64,000 nt of DNA, taken from a virus. Lineage: Duplodnaviria; Caudoviricetes. Positions 10,708-20,299 of the stretch are shown here, in pieces. The position numbers and the translations under genes are program-made. The notes below the pieces were generated by a model. That model was not told where the DNA came from. It saw only the letters and a list, made by a program, of their open reading frames with translations, and ran no database searches. How positions within the stretch are numbered: position 1 is the stretch's first letter; each line of letters begins with the position of its first letter. The stretch lies in IMG/VR virus record IMGVR_UViG_3300028833_000071. The stretch is one strand, 5' to 3'.

Positions 10708-11541
10708 ATGAATAAAAACATGGCAAGAAACAACCAAAAACTTATCAACTTCCACACAAGCGGCAATACAGAAGTGCCGTTGGAATCATTGTTCTACGGC
10801 GAAATCGCCGTAAGACACTGTTCAGGCGATTCAGCCGCTGAACTTATTATCAAAAACTCGGAAAACACAAGCGCTGTTTTCGTTGAAACGGCAAAAATGT
10901 GCATCGACTGCGGAACTTGGGACGGCGGAGATTCACACGAATATGTTGACCTTGGATTACCATCTGGCACTCTTTGGGCAACCTGCAATATAGGTGCTAA
11001 CTTACCTGAAGAGTTTGGCTTGTATTTCCAATGGGGTGACACTCAAGGATATACCTCTGCACAGGTAGGTACTGACAAGGTATTTAGTTGGGCTAATTAC
11101 AAATACAGCAGCGCTGGTAGTAGTTCTGTGATGACCAAATACAACTCAAGTGACGGCAAAACTGTTCTTGACCTTGAGGATGATGCTGCTTATGTCAATT
11201 GGGGAGAAAATTGGAGGATGCCCACAGTTGACCAGATAAGTGAATTGATAGATTCAGAGAATACCAGTCATGAATTTACTTCAATGAATAATGTAGAGGG
11301 TATATTGTTTACATCATTGTCCAATGGTAATACGTTGTTTGTCCCTTCTGCTGGTCTCGCTTACGGTACTTCAGTCGATGGCATTGGTGAGGTCGGTGGC
11401 TGTTGGTCTTTACTGAATAGTGAGTATGTCGGCTATGCGCAGGAATTGTATTTCAATTGGATGGAGGATGATGTCTACGTCTACAACTACGAACGGTACT
11501 ACGGGTTCTCTGTGCGTCCTGTGCGTGTTCAGAACCAATAA
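10708..11541 (+). CDS. fibre/receptor-binding protein with DUF1566/Fib_succ_major-like C-type lectin domain; likely DGR target
   Basis: GEIAV..IDCGTW N-module, HEYVDLGLPSGTLWATCNIGA, WRMPT, C-terminal YGFSVRPV; NNC-rich 3' codons; paralogue at 51435. Confidence 0.8.
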   Translation: MNKNMARNNQKLINFHTSGNTEVPLESLFYGEIAVRHCSGDSAAELIIKNSENTSAVFVETAKMCIDCGTWDGGDSHEYVDLGLPSGTLWATCNIGANLPEEFGLYFQWGDTQGYTSAQVGTDKVFSWANYKYSSAGSSSVMTKYNSSDGKTVLDLEDDAAYVNWGENWRMPTVDQISELIDSENTSHEFTSMNNVEGILFTSLSNGNTLFVPSAGLAYGTSVDGIGEVGGCWSLLNSEYVGYAQELYFNWMEDDVYVYNYERYYGFSVRPVRVQNQ

Positions 11542-11558
11542 AAACAAACAAAAGAACA

Positions 11559-11600
11559 ACACATCCTGTTCTGTTCCACAAGAACAGGCAAACAGGATGT
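11559..11600 (+). other. hairpin downstream of putative DGR variable region
   Basis: CACATCCTGTT...AACAGGATGTG stem with inner CTGTTC/GAACAG stem. Confidence 0.55.
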
Positions 11601-11736
11601 GTTTTTCAAAAAGATAGAATGCTCAGTTTTTTTCACTAAAAATCAAAAAATTAGGCGATTTTCAGGGGAAAACCGCCAAAATTTTTGTGCTAACTAGTAT
11701 ATAATTGCCAAAAAAAGAACGCATTTTATGCGTTCC

Positions 11737-11761
11737 TTGTGCCATCAGGTATATAGTTCCC
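11737..11761 (-). repeat. orphan IS1595-type terminal inverted repeat
   Basis: TTGTGCCATCAGGTATATAGTTCCC, exact reverse complement of 15619-15643. Confidence 0.75.
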
Positions 11762-11788
11762 TTATTTTAACCATAGTAGCAGTTATGG

Positions 11789-12913
11789 TTAAGTTTTTAT
11801 AATTCTAAACCTATATGATTGACAATATTCATTTAAAGTCGGCCATTCGAGTTTGTCAATCATTTCGTTGAAGACATTTTCAGATATTTGCCCTTTTCTT
11901 CTTTCAATATTAACCAACAAACAGCTTGCCTCAACATAGTAATAAAACCATTCAACATTGTAATTTGAAAGTAATGTTTTATAACTATTACGATATTCCT
12001 TTTTAAGATTAAGATTATCAATGACAATTCTTTTACCTTGTTTAGCTGCTTGAAGAATTTTTTCCTCAAATACTTTTGTGACTTCGTTTTCTTTACCTTT
12101 ACTAAGAACAGTCTTTTCGTCTTTTTTACAATAGCCAAGTTCTTCACGAATTGTGTCACGACTAATAATTATATCAGCCTCATTATTATTGATTAGTTGT
12201 TGTGCTATTGTTGATTTACCTGAACCAGGAAGACCAATCATAACATAAACAGTAATTGTTTTTTTGTTTTGATAGTCAAGATAGTTTTTATAATCATGCA
12301 AATAATCATAAAATGGGAAATAACGACAACACATTTTATCAATAATATTTTCAAGACTTGTCATTTTAATTAAATCAGCATTTTTACCATTCTCATCTTC
12401 AGGCTTAGACCCTAATATATCACATCGCTTAAGAAGCATAAGAACATACATGGATGGTACTTCTCGTGAAATTTCAGCAATTTTCCCGAGCGGGTCTTTA
12501 GAATCAAAGAGTTGAAGGGCCATCATATGGTATTTTACAAGGGCACAAACACCTTCTCTGAAATCACAGTCCTCATCCCAAAGAAGTCGTCTTGTTATCT
12601 TTTCCCCCTCAAATTCATGACCATAAGAATGCCATCTACCATCTTTACCTTGATGTGTAGTTACCGATTTTCCAATATCATGGAAAAGTGCTGAAGTTAA
12701 AAAAAGTTTAGCAAAATAATCTTCCCATATCTGACAAGTACAGATTCGAATGGCTTCCTTACACACTAATTTTACATGTTCCCATGCATTACCTTCTCCG
12801 TGCCATTTAGGACTTTGTTCACACTTTTTTAACTTTTTGAATTCAGGGATTTTCTCGATTTCATCCCATTTATATTCTAAATTTTCAAAATCTATAAGTT
12901 TATCAATCTTCAT
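11789..12913 (-). CDS. HD phosphohydrolase fused to P-loop polynucleotide kinase (AAA_33)
   Basis: QSPKWHGEG..WEH, ALFHDIGK, GHE..G, MIGLPGSGKST, SRDTIR, IDNLNL. Confidence 0.9.
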   Translation of the reverse strand: MKIDKLIDFENLEYKWDEIEKIPEFKKLKKCEQSPKWHGEGNAWEHVKLVCKEAIRICTCQIWEDYFAKLFLTSALFHDIGKSVTTHQGKDGRWHSYGHEFEGEKITRRLLWDEDCDFREGVCALVKYHMMALQLFDSKDPLGKIAEISREVPSMYVLMLLKRCDILGSKPEDENGKNADLIKMTSLENIIDKMCCRYFPFYDYLHDYKNYLDYQNKKTITVYVMIGLPGSGKSTIAQQLINNNEADIIISRDTIREELGYCKKDEKTVLSKGKENEVTKVFEEKILQAAKQGKRIVIDNLNLKKEYRNSYKTLLSNYNVEWFYYYVEASCLLVNIERRKGQISENVFNEMIDKLEWPTLNEYCQSYRFRIIKT

Positions 12914-13352
12914 CGTTATTTTCTATTATTTTCCAATCAAAATTAACATAATCATTTAAAAAATCATTCATTTCTTCATTGGTATTAAAGTGTTTAACAT
13001 ATTGACTCCCATCTAAAAAATGAAATTTACAAAGAGGCCTATTATACCATTTTTGCTCAACAGTATCAAACATTATCGTATTGTTCCAATCATCTATTGC
13101 TTCCTCAATTGAAGAATATACAATATCAGCACAACGCCACCTATCTTCTTTAGCAATAAGTTTATAACCGCTTCTAAAACATTCAAAAAACCGATAAATT
13201 CTATCTTCTTTTGGAAATATACAAAGCAATAAACTGATGCCTACGCTATAGTCTTCACCTTTTTTAATAAGACTTAGACTATTATTCTCTTTCTTGTTAT
13301 AAACATCAATATGTGATAAATTTTTAAAAACTATTTTATCCATTTCACTCAT
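12903..13352 (-). CDS. hypothetical protein (start likely MSEMDK, overlapping upstream stop)
   Basis: 3' part of the listed 180-aa ORF; the extended start overlaps the neighbour. Confidence 0.65.
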   Translation of the reverse strand: MSEMDKIVFKNLSHIDVYNKKENNSLSLIKKGEDYSVGISLLLCIFPKEDRIYRFFECFRSGYKLIAKEDRWRCADIVYSSIEEAIDDWNNTIMFDTVEQKWYNRPLCKFHFLDGSQYVKHFNTNEEMNDFLNDYVNFDWKIIENNDED

Positions 13353-13737
13353 TCCATTCAATTTTAATTGTATCAATATAGTCGTCATTTGGTACATGGC
13401 TATTAAAAGCCTCTTCATAACTATGAAAAGGTTGTTGGCATCCAATCATTATACCATTGTGATATTTATATAAATTAATCCATGCTTCTTTCTTAATAGG
13501 AGCCATAATCAATTTATAATTTAAATTACCATTCATTGGCTCACCGTCTTCAGTATATGATATTATTTGCTCGTTGTCATTATCTTTACCCTGTACAAAC
13601 ACGACTAACGGATAATTAATACCATTTTTTTCCATCTTTCTATTATGGCAGATAATACGAGCATTATATCCACCAATTGTTTGTATTGAAAAACCTTCAA
13701 GTGTTTTTTCTAAATTAAACATTTTTATCATCTTCAA
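13345..13737 (-). CDS. hypothetical phage protein
   Basis: FNLE..L.G..I.T..G..ARIIC..R....YPLV motif common in Bacteroidota phages. Confidence 0.75.
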   Translation of the reverse strand: MKMIKMFNLEKTLEGFSIQTIGGYNARIICHNRKMEKNGINYPLVVFVQGKDNDNEQIISYTEDGEPMNGNLNYKLIMAPIKKEAWINLYKYHNGIMIGCQQPFHSYEEAFNSHVPNDDYIDTIKIEWNE

Positions 13738-14032
13738 ATATTTTTAATTCTTTTATCCAATATAAATCAACATAATCATAATATAACGCAGAATTCACTG
13801 CATCTTTGTGTTTTTTCTTTTGTAGTTTTTTTAACTCTTCATATGACATATCACCACGCCAATAAGATTGAACCTCTTTAACCAAATCGGAATTTCTTGC
13901 ATATTTGGGCGTTCCATATTTGTTCACAGCCCATTCATGGATGATTTCCTCACATTTTGAACGGTCTTTGAAACAATAATCGTCATAATCTCTATTTCCA
14001 TGCCTTGTTTCAATTACATAAACGGTTTCCAT
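13715..14032 (-). CDS. hypothetical protein
   Basis: 105-aa ORF, translationally coupled. Confidence 0.7.
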   Translation of the reverse strand: METVYVIETRHGNRDYDDYCFKDRSKCEEIIHEWAVNKYGTPKYARNSDLVKEVQSYWRGDMSYEELKKLQKKKHKDAVNSALYYDYVDLYWIKELKIFEDDKNV

Positions 14033-14220
14033 TACTCTTTAAATTTATAGTTTTTGATTCCCTCTCTTAATTGGTTTGCAGTAGTTTCAATAACACCACT
14101 GCCATAAATAAAACCTTCAAGCCAAATACTACCGAGTGAAATGGCCATTGCGTTTTTTTCCTTCATTGCATTAACGCCAAATTGTACTGCTCTTTCGATT
14201 AAATCTTCTATTGTTTTCAT
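14032..14220 (-). CDS. hypothetical protein
   Basis: 62-aa ORF directly downstream of sigma54-like site. Confidence 0.65.
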   Translation of the reverse strand: MKTIEDLIERAVQFGVNAMKEKNAMAISLGSIWLEGFIYGSGVIETTANQLREGIKNYKFKE

Positions 14221-14240
14221 TTTAATTTAAATTATTATCA

Positions 14241-14257
14241 TCAAAAACTATGCCAAA
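14241..14257 (-). promoter_or_regulatory. sigma54-like promoter
   Basis: minus strand TTTGGCATAGTTTTTGA. Confidence 0.6.
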
Positions 14258-14307
14258 CATGGTGACTGTAAGGAAAAAAATCACCATGTTCGTACTTTTA
14301 TGTTTGT

Positions 14308-15180
14308 TTAGACGTTTATTTCAGCCGGTATCAAACTAGTTGCAACAGTCCAAAGTTTCTGATTGAAATCAATATCCTTTTTGATTGAGGTTATTTTTCT
14401 TTGTTTACGAGGCTTGTTATTTGAACCAAGGTCTGAATATTCACCTTTAATCATTTTCTCTTGGCATATGTTAAACACAGTCCAAAGGTCATCACTCTTA
14501 TCCTCTTTTCTTTGAGGGTCAAGAATGTTCATAACAGTCTCTTCATCAATTTCAAACTTCTCGTTTTCTTCGACACCTTTTCTAATTTTAACTACCGATT
14601 TAGCAAGTTCAAACTTCTCTTCTTCCGTGAGGATAGTCTTTTTCATCGTGTTCATTTGACATACAATATTCGGTACTTGCTCGATTGCAGTTTTAACAAT
14701 ATCTCTAAGTGCTTCGAAGTCATAATTAATATGTTTAATTGACATATTAACCATTTCCAAATCACTGACAACCAAACCATTAGAACACACAAGTCTGAAA
14801 AGCCCAAGCATAAACTTAAATGAATTAAAACCATCATGGCTATTGGTAAGAATAATTCTTGGCCATGTATCAACGGTTTCATTACCCTCGGAATCTTCTT
14901 TAACAATCTTTACATCGGGGTTTTGAAAGGCAATCATATGGAATGAACGTATTCCTGAAGACTTTCTATTTGTACGGCATTGCTTTGCTTGAACAGGATA
15001 CCATCCAAGTTTTGCAAGGTCATCAACAACAGTTTCTGTATTTGCTTGTACATAACGGCCAGAAACCTTAGGATTAGTTGGCTCTGTCTTAAAAGCGGCA
15101 GGGCAAATTTGTTTGAGTTCTTCTTTCGTGAGGAAATGGTCAGCCAATTCATTGTTGGCAAATCTAAGCATTGTGTCCAT
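14308..15180 (-). CDS. DUF932/DUF945 family protein
   Basis: IILTNSHDG..SF.F.LGLFRLVCSNGLV, SIKH, DLWTVFNICQEK. Confidence 0.9.
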   Translation of the reverse strand: MDTMLRFANNELADHFLTKEELKQICPAAFKTEPTNPKVSGRYVQANTETVVDDLAKLGWYPVQAKQCRTNRKSSGIRSFHMIAFQNPDVKIVKEDSEGNETVDTWPRIILTNSHDGFNSFKFMLGLFRLVCSNGLVVSDLEMVNMSIKHINYDFEALRDIVKTAIEQVPNIVCQMNTMKKTILTEEEKFELAKSVVKIRKGVEENEKFEIDEETVMNILDPQRKEDKSDDLWTVFNICQEKMIKGEYSDLGSNNKPRKQRKITSIKKDIDFNQKLWTVATSLIPAEINV

Positions 15181-15228
15181 AATTTAAAGTTTTGAATTAA
15201 TATTAAAATTTAATTTGCATTTCTATTA

Positions 15229-15246
15229 TACAAAAACCGTGCCAAA
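15229..15246 (-). promoter_or_regulatory. sigma54-like promoter
   Basis: minus strand TTTGGCACGGTTTTTGTA, identical to 821-838. Confidence 0.65.
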
Positions 15247-15252
15247 CTTTTA

Positions 15253-15510
15253 TTATTGTATAAAAATTTCTCCATCTTTTTCGATTAAATACCGTTTCAT
15301 GGGGTCTATTTCAAAATTTGGAAACAATTCAGCTATAATATCGTTAGATATTGTTGGTTCAGTTTCATTTATACATTCATACAGAATTAAATCTTCTTTT
15401 CTGTAAACTTCAATAAGACTAACATCAATGTCTTCATTGGCCTCATTGATATCAAGGTCAAGGTCTTCAATCTCTTTAGTGAGTGAATTTAAATTATATT
15501 TTTCTAACAT
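15253..15510 (-). CDS. small acidic hypothetical protein
   Basis: 85 aa, D/E-rich. Confidence 0.7.
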   Translation of the reverse strand: MLEKYNLNSLTKEIEDLDLDINEANEDIDVSLIEVYRKEDLILYECINETEPTISNDIIAELFPNFEIDPMKRYLIEKDGEIFIQ

Positions 15511-15618
15511 ATTAATTTATTTTTACGATAAACGAGCAAGAAAGCCCACCACTTTAGTCGTGGGATGAATTGCTCTATCCTAAATATACAAATTTTTTAT
15601 TAAATAAATAAAATTTTT

Positions 15619-15643
15619 GGGAACTATATACCTGATGGCACAA
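15619..15643 (+). repeat. IS1595-type terminal inverted repeat
   Basis: GGGAACTATATACCTGATGGCACAA. Confidence 0.75.
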
Positions 15644-15672
15644 AGTCAGTCTGAACAAGGCTGACTTTTTTA

Positions 15673-16185
15673 TTATTGATTCATAAAATCGTTTGTAAAA
15701 TATGATAAAGCGGATATGGCTCCGCCAACTACGCCTCTATATATCGGATAGAAGCATAATTCTCCCTGTTTATTGTCATACCATAGAATGTGTTTCCTGT
15801 TGTAAGGAAAAGAATGAACAATACAATTAAGAATCGTATTAAGGTGTGATTTGCTTCTTAAAGCATTGTCAAATACCCAAGCTCTTATATGTACACAATC
15901 GGTTTTCATAATACGATTTGTTTCGTCAATTCCTAAGAAATGCTTAGTAGCATTCCTTAATGATTCATAGCATTTGGATGTTACCATGTTAGCGTCATCC
16001 AACACATAATACCCAAGAACAACTATTCCTTCTTCTGATGGGGAATATACGATTATTGCATCATCAGGAATATTTCTGAATGTCTGAACGCATTTTTCGT
16101 AAGTGTTATCATTTAAACGCAGGTTTTCAAATGGAACACACATTATTTCGTTTATAATTGGATTTGGATGTAATTCTACATACAT
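15673..16185 (-). CDS. hypothetical passenger protein
   Basis: 170 aa; upstream Bacteroidota -7 element TATCTTTG (about 16209-16216 minus); terminator hairpin 15643-15670. Confidence 0.7.
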   Translation of the reverse strand: MYVELHPNPIINEIMCVPFENLRLNDNTYEKCVQTFRNIPDDAIIVYSPSEEGIVVLGYYVLDDANMVTSKCYESLRNATKHFLGIDETNRIMKTDCVHIRAWVFDNALRSKSHLNTILNCIVHSFPYNRKHILWYDNKQGELCFYPIYRGVVGGAISALSYFTNDFMNQ

Positions 16186-16261
16186 AATTGTGAGAGTTTA
16201 AATTGACTGCAAAGATATGATTTTTTAAGATATTCGACTATTTATAAAGAAAATATAGTCA

Positions 16262-17401
16262 ATGATTGCAGCGAACATAATAAGTGGCATACTACAACGA
16301 TACAAACAAATATGCGCCAAATACCCGCAATCCCCTTCGTTTATACCCAATACCAATGGTGACTCGTTTTATCTTGTAAGAGAAAGAGATGGGAATCGCC
16401 CTGTTCAAGTTCGTATTTCCAATCATGGCACATATCTTAGCAAATGGTGTGATAGGGAAGAATTGGGGAATAGTGTTGAAAGACTTGACCCTGCATTATG
16501 TGACAACATATCAATTGCTTTTATTGACGATGGTAATGATATAACCAAGGATTGCAAGGGAAGACAAGATTGTGAAGACTGCAATATTCAACCTTGCATA
16601 CCACAAACATTCGATGGACAGAATGAGTTGGGAAAACCGTTTAAAGTTATACAATACACCTATAAAAGCAGTCAAATTTCACCAAGGTATATCAACGGGC
16701 TTACCAAAGCTATTGCAGAAGCAAGTGTAAGCGGAAAGTATAACGACCCGTTGGCTAATCTTGTGAAAGCTGCAAAGAAAAAACCACTTTCATCATCAGA
16801 AAATAACCAAGAAATAAAAGAGAATAAGAATAATAAATACAAGAAAATGAATAAGAAACAAGTAATTAGAATTAATGAAAATCAACTCAAACAGATAATA
16901 ATGGAATCTGTGAAAAATGTTATAAAAGAAACCAAGTTCCAAAGAGGATATTATAACATTACGGATGACATGTCTTTTAGAGACATACAAGACAGAATGC
17001 GCTATTTTGGTATAGAAGGTGGAAGAATGGCAGAACCTAATTATCTACCGAAACAATGGATTAAGAAACGTCTACGCCCTAAGGATACAGAATATGTATA
17101 TAATGTTGAAAATCTAATTGATAAGCCAAATATTGTGTCAGTTCTTGACACTGGTACTGATACTTTTTTTGGTGTTGATAAAGACGGTAATATTTATGGT
17201 AATGGGAATCCTGATGAATGTATTGGTAATTTGAACACTGATAAGATATATGGAACAGGATGTTTTGGTGATTATTGTTGGTTGATAGTGTATAAAGATG
17301 AAAAACAAGCTTTGTTTGATTACAGAGGAATTATATGTTACGGTAAAGTGATTCAATTAGATAACGGAACGTATTTCTTTGCAACTAAGCAGCGCACTTA
17401 A
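16262..17401 (+). CDS. putative internal virion protein with internal IRINENQL..ESV peptide
   Basis: Late motif at 16237; VRISNHG N-domain; MNKKQVIRINENQLKQIIMESVKNVIKE at 16847. Confidence 0.75.
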   Translation: MIAANIISGILQRYKQICAKYPQSPSFIPNTNGDSFYLVRERDGNRPVQVRISNHGTYLSKWCDREELGNSVERLDPALCDNISIAFIDDGNDITKDCKGRQDCEDCNIQPCIPQTFDGQNELGKPFKVIQYTYKSSQISPRYINGLTKAIAEASVSGKYNDPLANLVKAAKKKPLSSSENNQEIKENKNNKYKKMNKKQVIRINENQLKQIIMESVKNVIKETKFQRGYYNITDDMSFRDIQDRMRYFGIEGGRMAEPNYLPKQWIKKRLRPKDTEYVYNVENLIDKPNIVSVLDTGTDTFFGVDKDGNIYGNGNPDECIGNLNTDKIYGTGCFGDYCWLIVYKDEKQALFDYRGIICYGKVIQLDNGTYFFATKQRT

Positions 17402-17597
17402 CGGTTTTCACGTCCTCAAACGTCACCACATTAAGGGCTCGTTCCATAAGGACGGCAAATCTTTCACCACCCTTTAATCCACGGTTGTTGTACCTGAAGA
17501 CGGCTTCGTCAACATAACGCTGCATGTACTTGCGTGAAACGTAGTGGTATGTCCCGTACACCATACGCTTGAACTGTCCCCAAAAGCCTTCAATCGT
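17385..17597 (-). pseudogene. IS1595 (ISXO2-like) transposase C-terminal fragment
   Basis: Translates TIEGFWGQFKRMVYGTYHYVSRKYMQRYVDEAVFRYNNR..., the IS1595 C-terminal signature; no start. Confidence 0.85.
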
Positions 17598-17656
17598 GGG
17601 AGTATGTCAGAAAAAAAAAGTACAAAGAAACAACTATTTATAATAAAAATTAATAT

Positions 17657-19213
17657 ATGGGCAAATATAATTCATATTTAGATGTTGAGCCTCAAATAGA
17701 AAATACCAAGGACGGTACTAAGAAAAAGATTAATTTTTGGGGTATTAAAGATAGACAAGACGCAGAAAATATATTAGATGCAATTACTGAACCTGGCGAT
17801 AGTACATTTGCAAGAAAAGGTTTACCTGGTAAAAATATTTTAAGAGCATGGTATACGCCTTCAAGAACTAATATGGGCCTTTTTGTGGTTGTTGCAAATG
17901 AAGCAGTTGAAGATTTTATAAATACAGGCTTAAGAAGCATAATATTTTCATTGCTTAAAAGTAATAATTATGATAAAGAAAAAATAGCAAATCTTGAGCA
18001 TGAAGTTGCACATAAGTTGGAAACAAGTGATAGTTGGGCTGATAAAAGGAAAGCATTGGCAGACGCTGATGTTCATGTTGCTGACCTTTGGCAACGATAT
18101 TTAAATAACATAAATGACCCTGTTACAAGAGAAGCCCTTAAACTATATTCTCAAATTTATACAACAACATCATATGGCCATGCTTTAAGTTTGGCTAATG
18201 TTATGCGTATTAGGGCTATTAACCCCGATGCAACATTTGTACTTTCAGAAACAGTATGGAATTCGTGGGGCTATGGCATTAAAAGAGGTGCTAAAAAATA
18301 TCCTTTATGGGCTGTTCGTTTTACACAAGGAATATCAAAAAAGGATTTGGAAAATGCAAAAGCAAAACTTGGCCATGAACTTGAACAATTAGGTGATTTA
18401 GGCGTTGCTGTTCAAGAAGCAATCCGTATTGAAGCAGAAAAAGAGGCTAATAAAGGTTTGAAACCTATGTTTATACTATATTATGGTTATGATATTGCAG
18501 ATACATATCAATATAATTCCAAAGAGGTAAGTCCTTTGATGTCAAAACCGAATATTTCAAGTAATGTTGTATATAAGTTAAATGCTTTGGCACAAAAACT
18601 TGAAGATGAGAAGGAAAAAGGCTTAGGCGAAAAAGAAAAAGAAATAAGGGATACAACTGACATGAAATATAATGTTGCTTCTGAAACAATGATAAATTTA
18701 TGCGAAAAAAACGGTATTAAAACAGAAGATATAGTTAACAATAGTACCTCTAACCAAAAAAAATTAATAAATTTATTAGATGCCTATTATAATTATATAA
18801 TAAATGCATCTTCAAATAAAAAGAGCCCGAATAAAATCAATGTTTTAAAACCTGAAAATATTCAAAATTATATTCAAGATGCAATTCAATTAACATTATT
18901 AATGAATAGCATTCCATTTAACAAGAATGATTTTACACATTCGGAAATATATAATCAAAACGAAGCGGCAACACTCGGCCCAATTATTAGAACAGCAGCT
19001 GAAGCGATTGGTAAAGCATTGAACCCTAAACAAAAAGATAATGTTAATGAGGGTATTTTTGAAGAAGGTGCATTTGGTTTATCATTTGACGAAGCATTGA
19101 AAAAACTTGGTATTAAAGTAGTTTCCGACAATACGCCTGAAATGCAAATGGAGGCAATCAAAGAGAATTTCAATAAAATGTTAAATAGAATTAATAATCC
19201 TATAATTTATTGA
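17657..19213 (+). CDS. large protein with ArdC-like (DUF1738) ssDNA-binding domain, putative virion-delivered
   Basis: SLANVMRIRAINPDATFV....W..WG..IKRGAK; late motif at 17633. Confidence 0.65.
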   Translation: MGKYNSYLDVEPQIENTKDGTKKKINFWGIKDRQDAENILDAITEPGDSTFARKGLPGKNILRAWYTPSRTNMGLFVVVANEAVEDFINTGLRSIIFSLLKSNNYDKEKIANLEHEVAHKLETSDSWADKRKALADADVHVADLWQRYLNNINDPVTREALKLYSQIYTTTSYGHALSLANVMRIRAINPDATFVLSETVWNSWGYGIKRGAKKYPLWAVRFTQGISKKDLENAKAKLGHELEQLGDLGVAVQEAIRIEAEKEANKGLKPMFILYYGYDIADTYQYNSKEVSPLMSKPNISSNVVYKLNALAQKLEDEKEKGLGEKEKEIRDTTDMKYNVASETMINLCEKNGIKTEDIVNNSTSNQKKLINLLDAYYNYIINASSNKKSPNKINVLKPENIQNYIQDAIQLTLLMNSIPFNKNDFTHSEIYNQNEAATLGPIIRTAAEAIGKALNPKQKDNVNEGIFEEGAFGLSFDEALKKLGIKVVSDNTPEMQMEAIKENFNKMLNRINNPIIY

Positions 19214-19220
19214 AGATATT

Positions 19221-20276
19221 ATGATAACTGAAGAACGCATAAAAAAGATTATAAATGAGGTGATTAGTGAATATTGTGTCGATGAGAGCGGTGAAGATTT
19301 TGGCGTTAATGTTAAAGGTGATTTAACAATTGATGACATTAAACAAGGTGAAAAACTTTATCATAGGCCTAATGATTCTTCGGACAGCAATCCGCTTTCA
19401 GTTATTAATAGTTTAATGAAATACGGTTTTAGTAGAGAGTATACAGGTAGTAACGGAGGAAATATGTATGGGCCCGGTGTTTATAATGTCTATTCTCTTC
19501 GCTCTTCAAATGACAGGGCGACAGGATATGGTAGATACATAGTGCAATCATATTTATTAGGCGGTTATAAAGATTTTCTGATTTTTAATATTGATATGGC
19601 AAAAAGAATTTATGGAGAAGAATGGCCGATAATCAATCAGATAAAAATGTTAATGCCTGAAAAATTGACACAAAGGGTTTTAAATAACATTAGAGGCTTG
19701 GGCAGTTGTATGAATACCAATAAAACAAGTTATGATATAAAAACATCAGTAACAGCTAAAAAAATTGTTGATTTATTGGGCCCTGATATTGCTAAAACAA
19801 AAATTAGGGGGATTATTTATTCAGGCGGTCATGACGGTGATTGCTGTTTCGTTAGAAATTTTTCAGATGTTGTTCCATATAGTTATTCAAAAGATAACGG
19901 TAGAACATGGACTGTTGGTATAACAGATGAACTTATTTGGAGGGCGGGTCATAATACCGATGTAGAGGCCATAATAAAAAATCGTGTTGATGATAAAGGT
20001 AGAAAAATGTTTTCAGATACTGCGGAAAGAAGTATCAATGGTTTTGTAAGAGTTTATAAGAACAACAAAATGAACTACTTTGAAGTTGCGACAAATAAAC
20101 TAATATCTGATGTATGGTTTGATTTTGGTGAAGAGTTTGAAGACGATGATACAACGAAAGTAGTTTATAATGGGGCTAAATATACTTTAATGAAAAATGA
20201 AGACGGCAGATTTATAGTTTATGATGAAGATGATTGTCCTCTTTGTTATTTGGAAGATTTGCCTGAAAATATTTAA
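19221..20276 (+). CDS. putative ADP-ribosyltransferase-fold protein with N-terminal tag peptide
   Basis: LYHR...GFS....GGNMYGPGVY resembles PARP/ART motif; MITEERIKKIINEVISE leader. Confidence 0.55.
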   Translation: MITEERIKKIINEVISEYCVDESGEDFGVNVKGDLTIDDIKQGEKLYHRPNDSSDSNPLSVINSLMKYGFSREYTGSNGGNMYGPGVYNVYSLRSSNDRATGYGRYIVQSYLLGGYKDFLIFNIDMAKRIYGEEWPIINQIKMLMPEKLTQRVLNNIRGLGSCMNTNKTSYDIKTSVTAKKIVDLLGPDIAKTKIRGIIYSGGHDGDCCFVRNFSDVVPYSYSKDNGRTWTVGITDELIWRAGHNTDVEAIIKNRVDDKGRKMFSDTAERSINGFVRVYKNNKMNYFEVATNKLISDVWFDFGEEFEDDDTTKVVYNGAKYTLMKNEDGRFIVYDEDDCPLCYLEDLPENI

Positions 20277-20299
20277 ATAAAATTTTAAATTATTTTAAG

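Larger units (their letters stand above)
10587..11709. mobile_element. non-autonomous IS1595-family element carrying a passenger fibre/adhesin gene
   Basis: 25-bp inverted ends (10587-10611 and 11685-11709; 22/25 identical), AAAAAAAG duplicated on both flanks (10579-10586, 11710-11717), no transposase. Confidence 0.8.
15527..17610 (+). mobile_element. composite element: IS200/IS605 ends enclosing an IS1595 remnant with two passenger genes
   Basis: Left end 15527-15618 near-identical to tnpB element left end (61040-60950); right end CAATCGTGGGAGTATGTCAG 17591-17610 identical to 59635-59654 reverse; IS1595 TIR at 15619; transposase fragment 17385-17597. Confidence 0.8.

Noticed and set aside
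11762-15618. Composite transposon bounded by the perfect 25-bp inverted repeats at 11737 and 15619
   Set aside because: The TIRs face outward, so each belongs to an element on the far side; no shared target duplication
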